From Chrysemys picta bellii (lineage: Eukaryota), in assembly GCF_011386835.1 (NCBI RefSeq), contig NC_088794.1, forward strand, positions 4,898,001-4,962,000: a stretch of 64,000 nt of DNA. The letters are read 5' to 3'. Position 1 is the first letter of the stretch. Each line of letters begins with the position of its first letter. The notes beneath the pieces were generated by a model. The model was not told where the DNA came from, made no database searches, and saw nothing but the letters and a program-made list of their open reading frames with translations. Shown piece after piece: positions 49,990-61,930 of the stretch. Both the position numbers and the translations under genes were made by a program.

Positions 49990-50960
49990 TCCCTTTTTTA
50001 CAAATTTTGTAGAAATTTGGCTATAGCCCATGGATGGAACAAGCAATAGCCGATGTCCACACCGTAGCCGATTTGGAAGACAAATTGGCAAAATATTTGT
50101 TGATTTATAAACCTTCAACCCCAATAAAAAAGGATTCGGCTGCATGCTGGCTAGTGTGGGAAAACTGTAATGAGGCATTCTTCCGGCTGGCAAATTGCCA
50201 AGCAGAAAATACTACACTGTGTGAAAAGCTCGGTGTGAGTGAGACGCAGATGAATGGAAAGTATTGACTACCGGGGTCCATGGCCAATTGGACATGCTTA
50301 AGGACACCCTACAGGAACTAAAAGGAAGGGGAAAGGGATTACTGGAACAGATAGAGGAAAAAGATAAATTATCAAGAGAAAACCAAGTCCTACAAGGCAT
50401 GGTGAAGAAATTAAAGCTAGAACAAGGCAGAGCTCCTGCAAGCATAACTGCTGTGAATCAATTATCAAGCAGCTTAAGCAGAAGCTAGGCTTCGCAACCC
50501 ACCAGGTTGAAGCAGTCACAACAGGAGAATGGGATCAAACCTTGCCCAGAGGAAACCCAGACTGGGAGGAGGAAATATGGGACCCCAGGGAAACTTGGGA
50601 GGGGGATATATGGGATAATCCACAGGAATGTAGGCATGATGAGCGCACTCCCATAGCCCCGTTAGCAGCGACCCAACACACCATGGTAATGACTCCTGTG
50701 GATGGTGGGGGTAGCACGACCGTTACCGCAGTTCCAGTATCGGCCACCGATTTAAAGGTGATGGCTGAACATTTGGGGACACTGAAGCGAGACACCTTTT
50801 CTAGATGGTGTACCAACGCATTTTTACTTGCAGCAAGGGAAGGGCTAACTACCTTGGAAGTTCATCGACTCTTTGGGGTATGTGCTACCCCGGAAATTAG
50901 AGCCTCTGGATAGATTGGTTGTTACCGAGGATGTCGGTATCCTGGGTCTAATGGCAACAT
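49990..50960 (+). pseudogene. gag: Class III (ERV-L-like) endogenous retrovirus gag, 5' part, frameshifted
   Basis: SPW N-terminal motif, coiled-coil segment, IWDPRETWEGDIWDNP (matches the ERV-L Gag WDPxxWxGDxW motif as I recall it), then a capsid-like segment. Split over three frames. Confidence 0.7.
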
Positions 50961-50963
50961 TTA

Positions 50964-52597
50964 TTCATAGATTCATAGATTCATAGATTATAGGACTGGA
51001 AGGGACCTCGAGAGGTCATCGAGTCCAGTCCCCTGCCCGCATGGCAGGACCAAATACTGTCTAGACCATCCCTGATAGACATTTATCTAACCTACTCTTA
51101 AATACCACCCTGACAGTTAGGAACTTTTTCCTAATGTCCAACCTAGACCTCCCTTGATGCAGTTTAAACCCATTGTTTCTGGTTCTATCCTTAGAGGCTA
51201 AGGTGAACAAGTTCTCTCCCTCCTCCTTATGACACCCTTTTAGATACCTGAAAACTGCTATCATGTCCCCTCTCAGTCTTCTCTTTTCCAAACTAAACAA
51301 ACCCAATTCTTTCAGCCTTCCTTCATAGGTCATGTTCTCAAGACCTTTAATCATTCTTGTTGCTCTTCTTTGGACCCTTTCCAATTTCTCCACACATCTT
51401 TTTTAAAATGCGGCGCCCAGAACTGGACACAATACTCCAGCTGAGGCCTAACCAGAGCAGAGTAGAGCGGAAGAATGACTTCTCGTGTCTTGCTCACAAC
51501 ACACCTGTTAATACATCCCAGAATCATGTTTGCTTTTTTTGCAACAGCATCACACTGACGACTCATATTTAGCTTGTGGTCCACTATAACCCCTAGATCC
51601 CTTTCTGCCGTACTCCTTCCTAGACAGTCTTTTCCCATTCTGTATGTGTGAAATTGATTTTTCCTTCCTAAGTGGAGCACTTTGCATTTGTCTTTGTTAA
51701 ACTTCATCCTGTTTAACTCAGACCATTTCTCCAATTTGTCCAGATCATTTTGAATTATGACCCTGTCCTCCAAAGTAGTTGCAATCCCTCCCAGTTTGGT
51801 ATCATCCGCAAACTTAATAAGCGTACTTTCTATGCCAATATCTAAGTCGTTGATGAAGATATTGAACAGAGCCGGTCCCAAAACAGACCCCTGCGGTACC
51901 CCACTCGTTACGCCTTTCCAGCAGGATTGGGAACCATTAATAACAACTCTCTGAGTACGGTTATCCAGCCAGTTATGCACCCACCTTATAGTAGCCCCAT
52001 CTAAGTTGTATTTGCCTAGTTTATCGATAAGAATATCATGCGAGACGGTATCAAATGCCTTACTAAAGTCTAGGTATACCACATCCACCGCTTCACCCTT
52101 ATCCACAAGGCTCGTTATCCTATCAAAGAAAGCTATCAGATTGGTTTGACATGATTTGTTCTTCACAAATCCATGCTGGCTGTTCCCTATCACCTTACCA
52201 CCTTCCAAGTGTTTGCAGATGATTTCCTTAATTACTTGCTCCATTATCTTCCCTGGCACAGAAGTTAAACTAACTGGTCTGTAGTTTCCTGGGTTGTTTT
52301 TATTTCCCTTTTTATAGATGGGCACTATATTTGCCCTTTTCCAGTCTTCTGGAATCTCTCCCGTCTCCCATGACTTTCCAAAGATAATAGCTAGAGGCTC
52401 AGATACCTCCTCTATTAGCTCCTTGAGTATTCTAGGATGCATTTCATCAGGCCCGGGTGACTTGCAGGCATTTAACTTTTCTAAGTGATTTTTAACTTGT
52501 TCTTTTTTTATTTTATCCGCTAAACCTACCCCCTTCCCATTAGCATTCACTATGTTAGGCATTCCATCAGACTTCTCAGTGAAGACCGAAATAAAGA
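50964..52597 (-). mobile_element. CR1 LINE, 5'-truncated, inserted in ERV gag
   Basis: (TCATAGAT)3 tail at ~50964, 3' UTR, ORF2 RT. About 60 bp internal deletion near 51103. Confidence 0.95.
51061..52562 (-). pseudogene. CR1 ORF2 reverse transcriptase portion, one frameshift near 51390
   Basis: [80 protein letters not shown]. Confidence 0.95.
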
Positions 52598-52599
52598 AG

Positions 52600-52965
52600 G
52601 GAACAGATAGTCAGGAGTAACTTTATAGCACAAGTTGTAGCCTCCATCAAGGAGCCTAATGAGGACCCCGAGAATTAGTTAACTAGATGGGATCTGATGC
52701 AATAATGGCTGGTCTGGTAACAGTTGATGGTGCCACCCCGGTAGATAAGCTACTATTCAGCATCCAGTACTTAAGGGATTGCATTGCCTCTTTGGCCCCC
52801 TATTACTCTGGTAAACTTGCAGTTTGGCAGAATAACCATCCAGTTAACCTAGGGAAGCTCAGGGAACTGGTCCAAAAAATAACCATTCACTCTGGACCAC
52901 AACTCACTATAAAGAAAGAAAGGGTCTCTTATGCGGAAATCTGTGGAAATGGTTAAACACCATCA
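52600..52965 (+). pseudogene. gag: ERV-L-like gag 3' part
   Basis: Continues gag after the CR1. The frameshifted end reads ERVSYAEI/LWKWLN, resembling the ERV-L Gag LW.WL motif. Confidence 0.5.
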
Positions 52966-52974
52966 CCTGGCTGC

Positions 52975-53777
52975 TGTACAGGGAACAGCTGGAATTGGGA
53001 AACAAAACTGCCTTAGCCATGAGGTGCACTGAGATGCAAATTCTTAGTTTAGCATCACTCGAACATGAAATGTTCTGGGTAATATGAGGAAATGTCCAAG
53101 TACTGGAACACCTTTGAAAATAACGGAAAAGATTTTTGTTTGATGCCTATAAGCATGAATGGATACAATATGTCTCCAGCATGGTTAAGCCTGAACTACT
53201 ACTAGGAGAAATCATTGTCAAAATTGCCCATCAGCCATCTGTGGAGGCAGAGATATGGAAAATCAGTCCACTACCAAAATTAACCATGGGATCTTTCTGG
53301 TTACCTCACATTGTGGGTCAGTGGGCCAGGAAAGAGAAAAGACTATTGGACACACAGCAGTGTACAGAGTGGGACCCTCACAAATGGGTATGCCTCTCCC
53401 TGCCTGCCACCACAGAACCATGCAGTAGGGATACATCGCTAGGCATATGCATTTGGGATGAACTGGAAAATTTAACCCATGTTTTATATAATGGACAATG
53501 TGTATGTGTTGTATCCTGGAAAACAATATTTGGGGAGGATGAAAGCATTAGCCAGCCACCAGTGGATGAGTGTAGATGCAATACTAGCATCTTATACACT
53601 AATAACCACACTTATTACCTTCCTAAGCTAGAGAAAGCCCAAAGTACTGTGATTGCCCCCTTAGTTAACTTCTCCATCTCCCTCAGTTTGGATTGTCAGG
53701 AATTAGCTGATCATCTGCTTCTAGAAGCAAAAGTAACTCACTTTTGGAAAGAAACACAAAAGGATGTGGGAAAGTGA
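52975..53777 (+). pseudogene. env: Retroviral env-like fragment (Cys-rich ectodomain)
   Basis: 213 aa open stretch with spaced Cys (QQCTEWDPHKWVC...EPC...GICIWD...QCVCV...ECRCN) and N-glycosylation sequons (NLT, NTS, NHT, NFS). Resembles class III ERV envelopes. Stops upstream. Confidence 0.55.
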
Positions 53778-54239
53778 ATTCTCCAGATAAAACATGCAAA
53801 TGGAGATATGATTAAAATAGCTAATTCTGAAAAAGAACTCACAGCATATCATTAGTTTGATGTTTTTACAGACTGGTCGCACATCTCACCTCACAGGTGA
53901 ACACCCCAACTACTGGGCTAAATGTTACAAAGGGAAGGACCAAAACCACCTCCTACTGTGGATGTGTTGTGACCGGCAAATAGATTCTGATAATACCAGC
54001 CAAGACTGCACACCCATGGGGGATAATTTCTGCTACCATAGTGAAGAAGAGAATAGTCACCACTGGGCCTGCCATGGATCTCCAGGAGGTGATGATCACA
54101 ATGTCCTTGTGCATCTGCAGCCATGGATCAGTGCATGGGCCCATCCCTGTGGTGACCTCACCCTTTCATGTCAATCCAACACTACTGTCAGTCAGCACCA
54201 CACCTTTGGTGTTACTGGGATAGTTTCTAGGTTGGTGGT

Positions 54240-55231
54240 TGTGACATACCAGGGTCCAACCGAGACTAATCAGCAGCTGTGTCACACCTGCCTGCAACCT
54301 GGCAATGCCTTGCTGAAGGGGCTTCCACCTGGGTCACTCACAAACAACCGTCTAGCAGGCAAATCACACCCTGAGCATGTGTGTGTAACTGCAGCCTGGC
54401 CAGGAACAGTTGGGTTACACTCAGGCTTTCACCACCGTTGGTTATACTGCAGGGTGACCCCAACACACTCCCCAGTCTGCGATTTCCCTCCAGAAATGTA
54501 GGTCCTGTGCTGCCCAGTCCTCTCCTGGACAATACAAGTTACAGTGTCTGTTATTTTTTAACAGCACTAATATCCATGCAACTTAGCTTCTCAGACACTT
54601 CTATTTAAACACACTGGATTAGATAAAACAATAAAACAAAGTTTATTGACTACAAAGATAAATTTTAAGTGAGTGCAAATAAGGAGGCATAGAAGTCTGA
54701 CATGGTTACAAGAAAAATAAAGCTAGAATGCAACTTGTGCCTAAGTTAACAAATCATGTGAAATTCAGAGCAAACGTTTCCTCACCACATGCTTTCAGCC
54801 ATCTTACTGACCAAACTTCTTAAGTCAGGACCCCTCCCCCAGTCCAATGGCTGCTTCCTTTATCCCTTCAGATGCGGTGAATCAATGGGCAGAGGCAGAG
54901 ATAGATAGATAGCTAGAGAGAGAGAGAGAGAGAGAGTGAGCGGTGCTTTCGGATGTTTGCCCCTTCTTTTTATAGTCCTATCCCCCCTTTGAGAAACATT
55001 TTCACATGGTTACCAGGAGACAAAATGTCTATGTAGAAGGATGTTCCCTGCTGCTTTTTCCTCACCTTTTTGGGCTTCGTTTGGTTCCCTTCCTGCTTGA
55101 TGATTCTCGTTACTGTTTATATGCAAAATTAAGCAGCGCACACATTTCTTTGTTTAAGACAGACCAGTTTGCCAGCCTCAGTTTGAAACATGTATTAATA
55201 ACCAGATAGAGTGTAATCTTATATCTTCACA
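54240..55231 (-). mobile_element. Solo LTR family 1, complete
   Basis: TG...CA termini, minus-strand TATAAAA near 54970 and AATAAA near 54644, (GA)n at ~54897-54937. Confidence 0.75.
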
Positions 55232-55233
55232 TA

Positions 55234-56048
55234 CAGTAACTCCTCACTTAACATGGTAGTTATGTTCCTGAAAAATGCGTCTTTAAGTGAAACGATGTTA
55301 AGCGAATCCAATTTCCCCATCAGAATTAATGTAAATGGGGGGGTTAGGTTCCAGGGATTTTTTTTTTTGCCAGACAAAAGGCATTATATATGTTTTAAAC
55401 AATTATAATCAAGCAATTTAATAAAGGTATAAGCTTTTAAAACAATGTTAAAAAAACAATATAATACAATATAATACCACTATGCTGAGTATGAAGCAGT
55501 GGGAGGTGCCCCCGCCTTACCCCACACAGGCACAGCCCAGTGGCACTGCTGACAATGAGGCAGGCAAGGAGGCTGAAGGTACCATAGGTAGGAGAAACAC
55601 GTTGTACAGCAGCAGCGGCAGCTTCCCCTACTATGCAAGCACCAGGGGTGGGGGCCTTAACCGTCGGCCTGCCCACTCCACCCCTTTCCCTAAGACCGCA
55701 ACCTTAACCCATCTCTTCTCCCTATCTCCTCCCCCTTTACTCCGCACACCATGTCCTCGCTCCTCCCCCTCCCTCCCATGCCTCCTGAATTCCGCAAACC
55801 TGCTGATTTCCATGGGCACGAGGCAGGGAGAGCGGGGGGAAGGCGCTGATCTGTGGGGTCCGCCAGCGGGAGGAGCTGGGAGGGCATAGGGGTGCTAATA
55901 GGGGGTCTGCTAGCTGTGGACAAAGTAGGAAGCCAAACAATGTTATAGCGGAGCATTGCACAACTTTAAACGAGCAGGTTCTATAATGCAGCAGGGACAT
56001 AAGATCAAAACAACGTTAAGGGACAGGATGTTAAATGGAGACTTACTG
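55234..56048. mobile_element. Tigger-like MITE with both TA target duplications intact
   Basis: TA|CAGTAACTCCTC ... GAGACTTACTG|TA. Confidence 0.82.
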
Positions 56049-56984
56049 TACATTATCAAAATTATTGTAATAATATTTACAATGAGAGCATGACTATTTC
56101 TAGTTGACTCATAGCTTTATTTAGCATCTTAAAGCTGAGCTCTGTGTGCAGATAATAGGCATGCAAGAGGGATAGTTTTGTGAACTGCAAAAGTCCAGTA
56201 GCATGCTGTGGTCTCCTCCTGAGCTCCTCTGGTCATCATGTGGTCTCCATCAAGCAAAATGAATGAACCTATCCTTCCTACTTTGGGGAGTGACCTAGCA
56301 AGGGAAGGACATAGCATACCATGGTGATTGGCATGCTATAAATAGCTAGGTAATGTGGAGTACTCTTACATGTGTTACAGGTTTTACTTTCCACCTATTG
56401 GGGTCAGGACAATGAGGTGATTCTGAAACCAGGAATGACTGAGACGATATCAGCTACAGCTGCAAACAATTAGTACATTTCACCTGTATCTAACTTTCTG
56501 TTCCTTTGATTGCAAATTTGTTGCTAAGGCTGGTTGAAAATTTTTCTTGGGAAGCTTTTTGATGGGAAATTGGATTTTCCATTCAAATATTTTCCACATG
56601 AAATTACCTTTTACCTGGAAATTATCAGCTTTCCATCAAAATACCAAACTCCCCTCCTCCCTAAACCATGGCTGTGGGTCTCTGGTGATGTTCCAGGGCA
56701 GTTCAGCAAGAGGAGAGACCATCATACATCATGAGGTATGTAGTCCAGCCTGGAACCCTGGAAAATGGAAGAGATTGGTGCTGTGCGGTATCTGAGGCAC
56801 CCCCCTGGTATTTCCGAGTTTTCAGTAAAAAGATTTCGGTCACCACAAACAAACCCTCATTATAGATCAGCTCTACGCAGTACTCAGCTTGCACTGAAAA
56901 CAGCAGGATGAAATATACCCCTAACCTCATACTCTGTAACTCTGGTAGAAATTGCATCATTTAATAACACAGTAGGAAAGAGTA

Positions 56985-57210
56985 GGTCCAATTAATCCCC
57001 AGGGCACCAATTACACTGAGGGTGGCTTTGGTTCACTGAACGCATTTATTAGGTGTTATGGCTCTCTGAGCTCAGGTATTCCCAGTTGCTTCAGGGATCA
57101 TGTCCCATAGATCACACATCTCAGTATAAAACTCCCCGAATGCTCCAAACTGGCAGTTTCTGTCGCTGGGGAAACGCCACCACATCTCTCTCTCTTCTCA
57201 GCAGGTACGT
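56985..57210 (+). promoter_or_regulatory. Candidate OR promoter and exon 1 (copy 6)
   Basis: ATTAATCCCCAGGGC 56991-57005, TATAAAA 57125-57131, initiator-like A at 57155, donor 57205. Confidence 0.55.
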
Positions 57211-57886
57211 GCTATTTTCCTGAATTATAGTCACACACACACACACGGACACCATGGTGATCAGCAGGTATTGAATTCAAGACCTCCAGCACTAAAAGCC
57301 TCAGCCCCAACTCCTACCCCTTTAGCTAAAGGAGTGACCTCCTTGGTTGGAAAAAATGGGCAATTACATAGTCACTGAAACCAGTGCTTTCCATTATGTC
57401 TACGGGTTTTCATACAGGCTAAAGTAAATGCCAAAAACCTCATTTAGCACAGTAAGCAACTTTACCCCAAACCGACATGCCAAGCCACAGAGCTCACCTT
57501 GTCCAAAGAGGGTAGAAAGATTGACACTCCTTTACTCTCACCCCTTCTTTAGCTAAGGAATAAATTCTTCAGCCTGATCCTCTCACAACAGAGTCACAAG
57601 TCACTGTTTTCAGTTCGGATTAGTGAACAGGAGTGTTTGTGTGTGGGGCATGATTAACCTGTGTGTCATTGTATTTGCACAGTGTGTGCATCTTAGCAAA
57701 CACAAGGAATTACCAACTGTGAACATCTGTCTCTGTGGACCAAGCTCTTCCCTGAGTGGGTACTGATGTCCATTGAGAAACTGATCTCCATTTATCTTCA
57801 CTTACTTCATCACAGAGAAGAGACAGGTTTTCCGCACCTTTCACCTGCCCACATCTCTGTAGGTGCCAGATCTCTGTTCAGAGGAG

Positions 57887-58825
57887 ATGGAAAAGGGAAA
57901 TCACTCGGAGGCGACTGAGTTCATTCTCTCAGGACTGACAGATCGTCCGGAGTTGCAGGTTCCCCTGTTTGGGGTGTTCCTGCTGATTTATGGTATCACC
58001 CTGGTGGGGAATGGGGGGATGATCTTGTTAGTCACGATTGACCCCCGACTCCACACCCCCATGTACTTTTTCCTCAGGAATTTGTCTTTCTGTGACCTCT
58101 GCTATTCCTCAGTAATTTCCCCTAAGATGCTGCTGAATTTCTTAGCCGAGAGGAAAAGTATTTCTTACACTGCCTGCACTGTGCAATTGTCTCTCTGTAT
58201 TGTTTTTACAGATGTTGAGTGCCTGTTGCTGGCTGTGATGGCGTATGACCGTTATGTGGCCATCTGTAACCCACTGCTCTATACGGTCACCATGTCCAGG
58301 CAGCTTTGTAACCAGCTGGTGGCTGGGGTGTACGCTGTGGGGGTGTTGGATTCAATGATACAAACATCTCTTACATTTCAGCTGTCATTCTGCAGCTCCA
58401 ACATCATCAATCATTTCCTGTGTGACGTCCCCCCGCTGCTACCGCTTTCCTGTTCTAACACCCACATCAATGAGATTGTGATGTTTGTTTTAATGTGCTG
58501 CATTACAGGGAGCAGCTTTCTGATTGTCCTCCTCTCCTATGTCTATATCATCTCCACCATCCTGCAGATCCGCTCCGCCGAGGGGCGGCGCAAAGCCTTC
58601 TCCACCTGCTCTTTCCACTTGACTGCTGTAGTCCTGTTTTTTGGCACAGTCCTCTTTATGTATTTACATCCCCCGTCCAGCTATTCCATGGACACAGACA
58701 AAGTGGCCTCAGTGTTTTACATGATGGTGATCCCCATGTTGAACCCCCTCATCTACAGCCTGAGGAACACGGAGGTGAAAGACGCCCTGAGGAAAGCAAT
58801 GAATAAACTGCTCATCAAGTCTTGA
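57887..58825 (+). CDS. Olfactory receptor OR5-like, intact 312 aa (OR copy 6)
   Basis: Full motif set. ATG at 57887 aligns with paralogue starts (the track's GTG start at 57863 is rejected). Confidence 0.96.
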   Translation: MEKGNHSEATEFILSGLTDRPELQVPLFGVFLLIYGITLVGNGGMILLVTIDPRLHTPMYFFLRNLSFCDLCYSSVISPKMLLNFLAERKSISYTACTVQLSLCIVFTDVECLLLAVMAYDRYVAICNPLLYTVTMSRQLCNQLVAGVYAVGVLDSMIQTSLTFQLSFCSSNIINHFLCDVPPLLPLSCSNTHINEIVMFVLMCCITGSSFLIVLLSYVYIISTILQIRSAEGRRKAFSTCSFHLTAVVLFFGTVLFMYLHPPSSYSMDTDKVASVFYMMVIPMLNPLIYSLRNTEVKDALRKAMNKLLIKS

Positions 58826-59047
58826 ATTTGTTTAACTCAGTACTGGTTTAGTGATGGGGAGTGGAAACAGGTGAATTCAATTCCCAGCCCATTACAAAAT
58901 AATTTCTCAAACCCCGTGGTAGTATAGTTCAATATTGTTATTATTATTAATTTGTTTGTATTCCAACAAGGTCTTCAGGCCCCAACTCAGATCAGTAGAC
59001 AGAACACAGGAAGCATCACAGGAAATGCAGGAAACCCAAGTGCAGAG

Positions 59048-59912
59048 TGTGACAGGTTCAGTCACAGAGACCCTCACTGGGACTGTAACCTCATCTGCTG
59101 AAATTACCTCTGAGCCCGTTCTTGCTGCCCGCCTGGGTCTCCAGAACCCTGCCTTGTTGAGCCAGGCACACCAGCCTGCTGCAACGCAGACCCAGGCTCT
59201 GAGTCACGGCCCCAAAGCTGCAGATCTAGACTGAAACTAGCTCAGCAGGACACCTGTCTCCAGCACACAGATACCCAGCTCCCAATGGGATCTAAACCCC
59301 AAATAAATCCCTTTTACTCTCTATAAAGCTTAGTAAGGGTAACATGATAAATGCTCACCCCCTATATCACTGAGAGAGAGATATGCAGAGCTGTTTGCCC
59401 CCCCCCCACCCAGGTAACAATTACTTACACTGAGTTTATAAATAAACAAAAGTCATTTTATTAGGTATAAAAAGTAGGATCTAAGTGGTTTTCAGTAATA
59501 ACAGACAGAACAAACTAAGTCACAAAGCAAAAAAAAAAAAAAAAAGAAACACGCAAGGCTAAGCTTAATACACTCAGAAGTCAGTTACAGATGTTCACTA
59601 CTCCCCCCAGTTGTTACTTCGGGTAAAATCTTTCTCAGGTCAGATGCCTTTTCTGACCTGGGTCCAGCCTATTCTCACCCACCCCTGTGGTTACAGTTCT
59701 TTTGTTTCCAGGTGCTTGCAGGTATCTTTGTGGGGTGGGGAGGCCATCTCTTAAACCAGCTGAAGACACTCATTGTTTGCTTCTCCCACATTATATAGAA
59801 CTTAACTGAAGTGGAAAACTCTTATTTGGAATTCTACCCCCATCTGGAAAAGTACCAGCTTCAAGATGGATTTTAGTATCTGGTGACATGGTCACATGTC
59901 ACTGTAAGACCT
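59048..59912 (-). mobile_element. LTR family 2, truncated
   Basis: TGTGACAGG start, homologous to 26879. Confidence 0.72.
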
Positions 59913-60049
59913 CAGTGTGGTGGGGAGGGAGGGGTTTCCACCCACAAAAGAAAGTCTGTTTAAACTTCTGGGAGACCACTCCATTTGTCTTCAGCTAGCT
60001 GAAGAGATACCCTCTCCACCCACAAGGGATAGCTGAAAGAAACTAGAAC

Positions 60050-61793
60050 TGAAACTGACGATCAAATGCGAAGGGTGATTAGAGAGGATATCAAAATAAA
60101 GAACTCAATAATAGTGGGAGATTTCAATTATCCCCATATTGATTGGGTACATGTCACCTCAGGACGAAATGCAGAGACAAAATTCCTCGATACTTTAAAT
60201 GACTGCTTCATGGAGCAGCTGGTACAGGAACCCACAAGGGGAGAGTCAATTCTTGATTTAGTCCTGAGTGGAGCGCAGGAGCTGGTCCAAGAAGTAACTA
60301 TAACAGGACCGCTTGGAAATAGTGACCATAATATAATAACAATTATCATCCCTGTGGTGGGAAGAACACCTCAACAGCCCAACACGGTGGCATTTAATTT
60401 TAGAAAGGGCAACTATGCAAAAATGAGGGAGTTAGTTAAACAGAAATTAAAAGGTATAGTAACTAGAGTGAAATCCCTGCAAGCTGCATGGACACTTTTC
60501 AAAGACCCCATAATAGAGGCCCACCTTAAATGTATTCCCCAAATTAAAAAACAACGCCAAAGAACTAAAAAAGAGCCACCGTGGCTTAACAACCATGTAA
60601 AAGAAGCAGTGAGAGATAAAAAGGCATCTTTTAAAAAGTGGAAGTCAAATCCTAGTGAGGTAAATAGAAAGGAGCATAAACACTGCCAAATAAAGTGTAA
60701 AAATGTAATAAGAAAAGCCAAAATGGAGTTTGAAGAACAACTAGCCAAAAACTCGAAAGGTAATAACAAAATGTTTTTTAAATACGTCAGAAGCAGGAAG
60801 CCTGCTAAACAACCAGTGGGGCCCCTAGATGATCAAGATACAAAAGGAGCACTTAAAGACGATAAAGTCATTGCGGAAAAACTAAATGAATTCTTTGCTT
60901 CAGTCTTCACAGCTGAGGACATTATGGAGATTCCCAAACCTGAGCCATCCTTTGTAGGTGACAAATCTAAGAAATTGTCACATATTGAAGTGTCACTAGA
61001 GGAGGTTTTGGAACTAATTGATAAACTTAACTGTAACAAGTCACCGGGACCAGATGGCATTCACCCAAGAGTTCTGAAAGAACTCAAATTTGAAATTGAG
61101 GAACTATTAACTAGGGTTTGTAACCTCTCCTTTAAATCGGCTTCTGTACCGAATGACTAGAAGATAGCTAATGTAACGCCAATATTTTAAAAGGGCTCTA
61201 GAGGTGATCCCAGCAATTACAGACCGGTAAGTCTAACATCCGTACCGGGCAAACTAGTTGAAACAATAGTAAAGAATAAAATTGTCAGACACATAGAAGA
61301 ACATAAATTGTTGGGCAAAAGTCAACATGGTTTCTATAAAGGGAAATCATGTCTTACTAATCTATTAGAGTTCTTTGAAGGGGTCAACAAACATGTGGAC
61401 AAGGGGGATCCAGTGGACATAGTGTACTTAGATTTACAGAAAGCCTTTGACAAGGTCCCTCACCAAAGGCTCTTATGTAAATTAAGTTGCCATGGGATAA
61501 GAGGAAAGATCCTTTCATGGATTGAGAACTGGTTAAAAGACAGGGAACAAAGGGCTGGAATAAATGGTAAATTTTCAGGATGGAGAGGGGTAACTATTGT
61601 TGTTCCCCAAGGGTCAGTTCTAGGACCAATCCTATTCAACTTATTCATAAATAATTTGGAAGAAGGGGTAAACAGTGAGGTGGCAAAGTTTACAGATGCT
61701 ACTAAACTGCTCAAGATAGTTAAGACCGAAGCAGACTGTGAAGAACTTCAAAAAGATCTCACAAAACTAAATGATTGGGCAACAAAATGGCAA
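60050..61793 (+). mobile_element. CR1 LINE ORF2 internal fragment (endonuclease end, linker, RT), different subfamily from the 51-52.6 kb copy
   Basis: [76 protein letters not shown]. Stop at 61158 and a frameshift. Truncated at both ends. Confidence 0.93.
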
Positions 61794-61794
61794 T

Positions 61795-61930
61795 TTGTTC
61801 CACCTTGCATTTAGCTGTGACACTCTGAGTACCTTTCCCAGACCTGAAGAAGTGCTCTCTGGGAGGTTTGTCTCTTTCACCAACAGAAGTTGGTCCAAGA
61901 AAAGATATTACCTCACCCATCTTGCCTCTA
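61795..61930 (+). mobile_element. Second Penelope-like terminus with decayed hammerhead
   Basis: CTGAAGAAG at 61844 followed by degraded helix II and no GAAA. The downstream CACCAACAGAAGTTGGTCCAA..AAAGATATTACCTCACCC is recognised from memory as a common turtle repeat. Confidence 0.45.

Noticed and set aside
53953-54144. Minus-frame peptide vaguely like an MFS/SLC22 transporter loop (FTMVAEIIP)
   Set aside because: Motif spacing does not match well and nearby stops occur. Too weak to call without a profile search.
53857-54501. 214 aa ORF
   Set aside because: It spans a SINE-like scrap, module Y and the start of an LTR. Paralogous copies are frameshifted, so it is a chance chimeric ORF.
57863-57886. 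GTG-initiated N-terminal extension of OR6
   Set aside because: It lies in the predicted intron/acceptor. ATG 57887 aligns with all paralogues.
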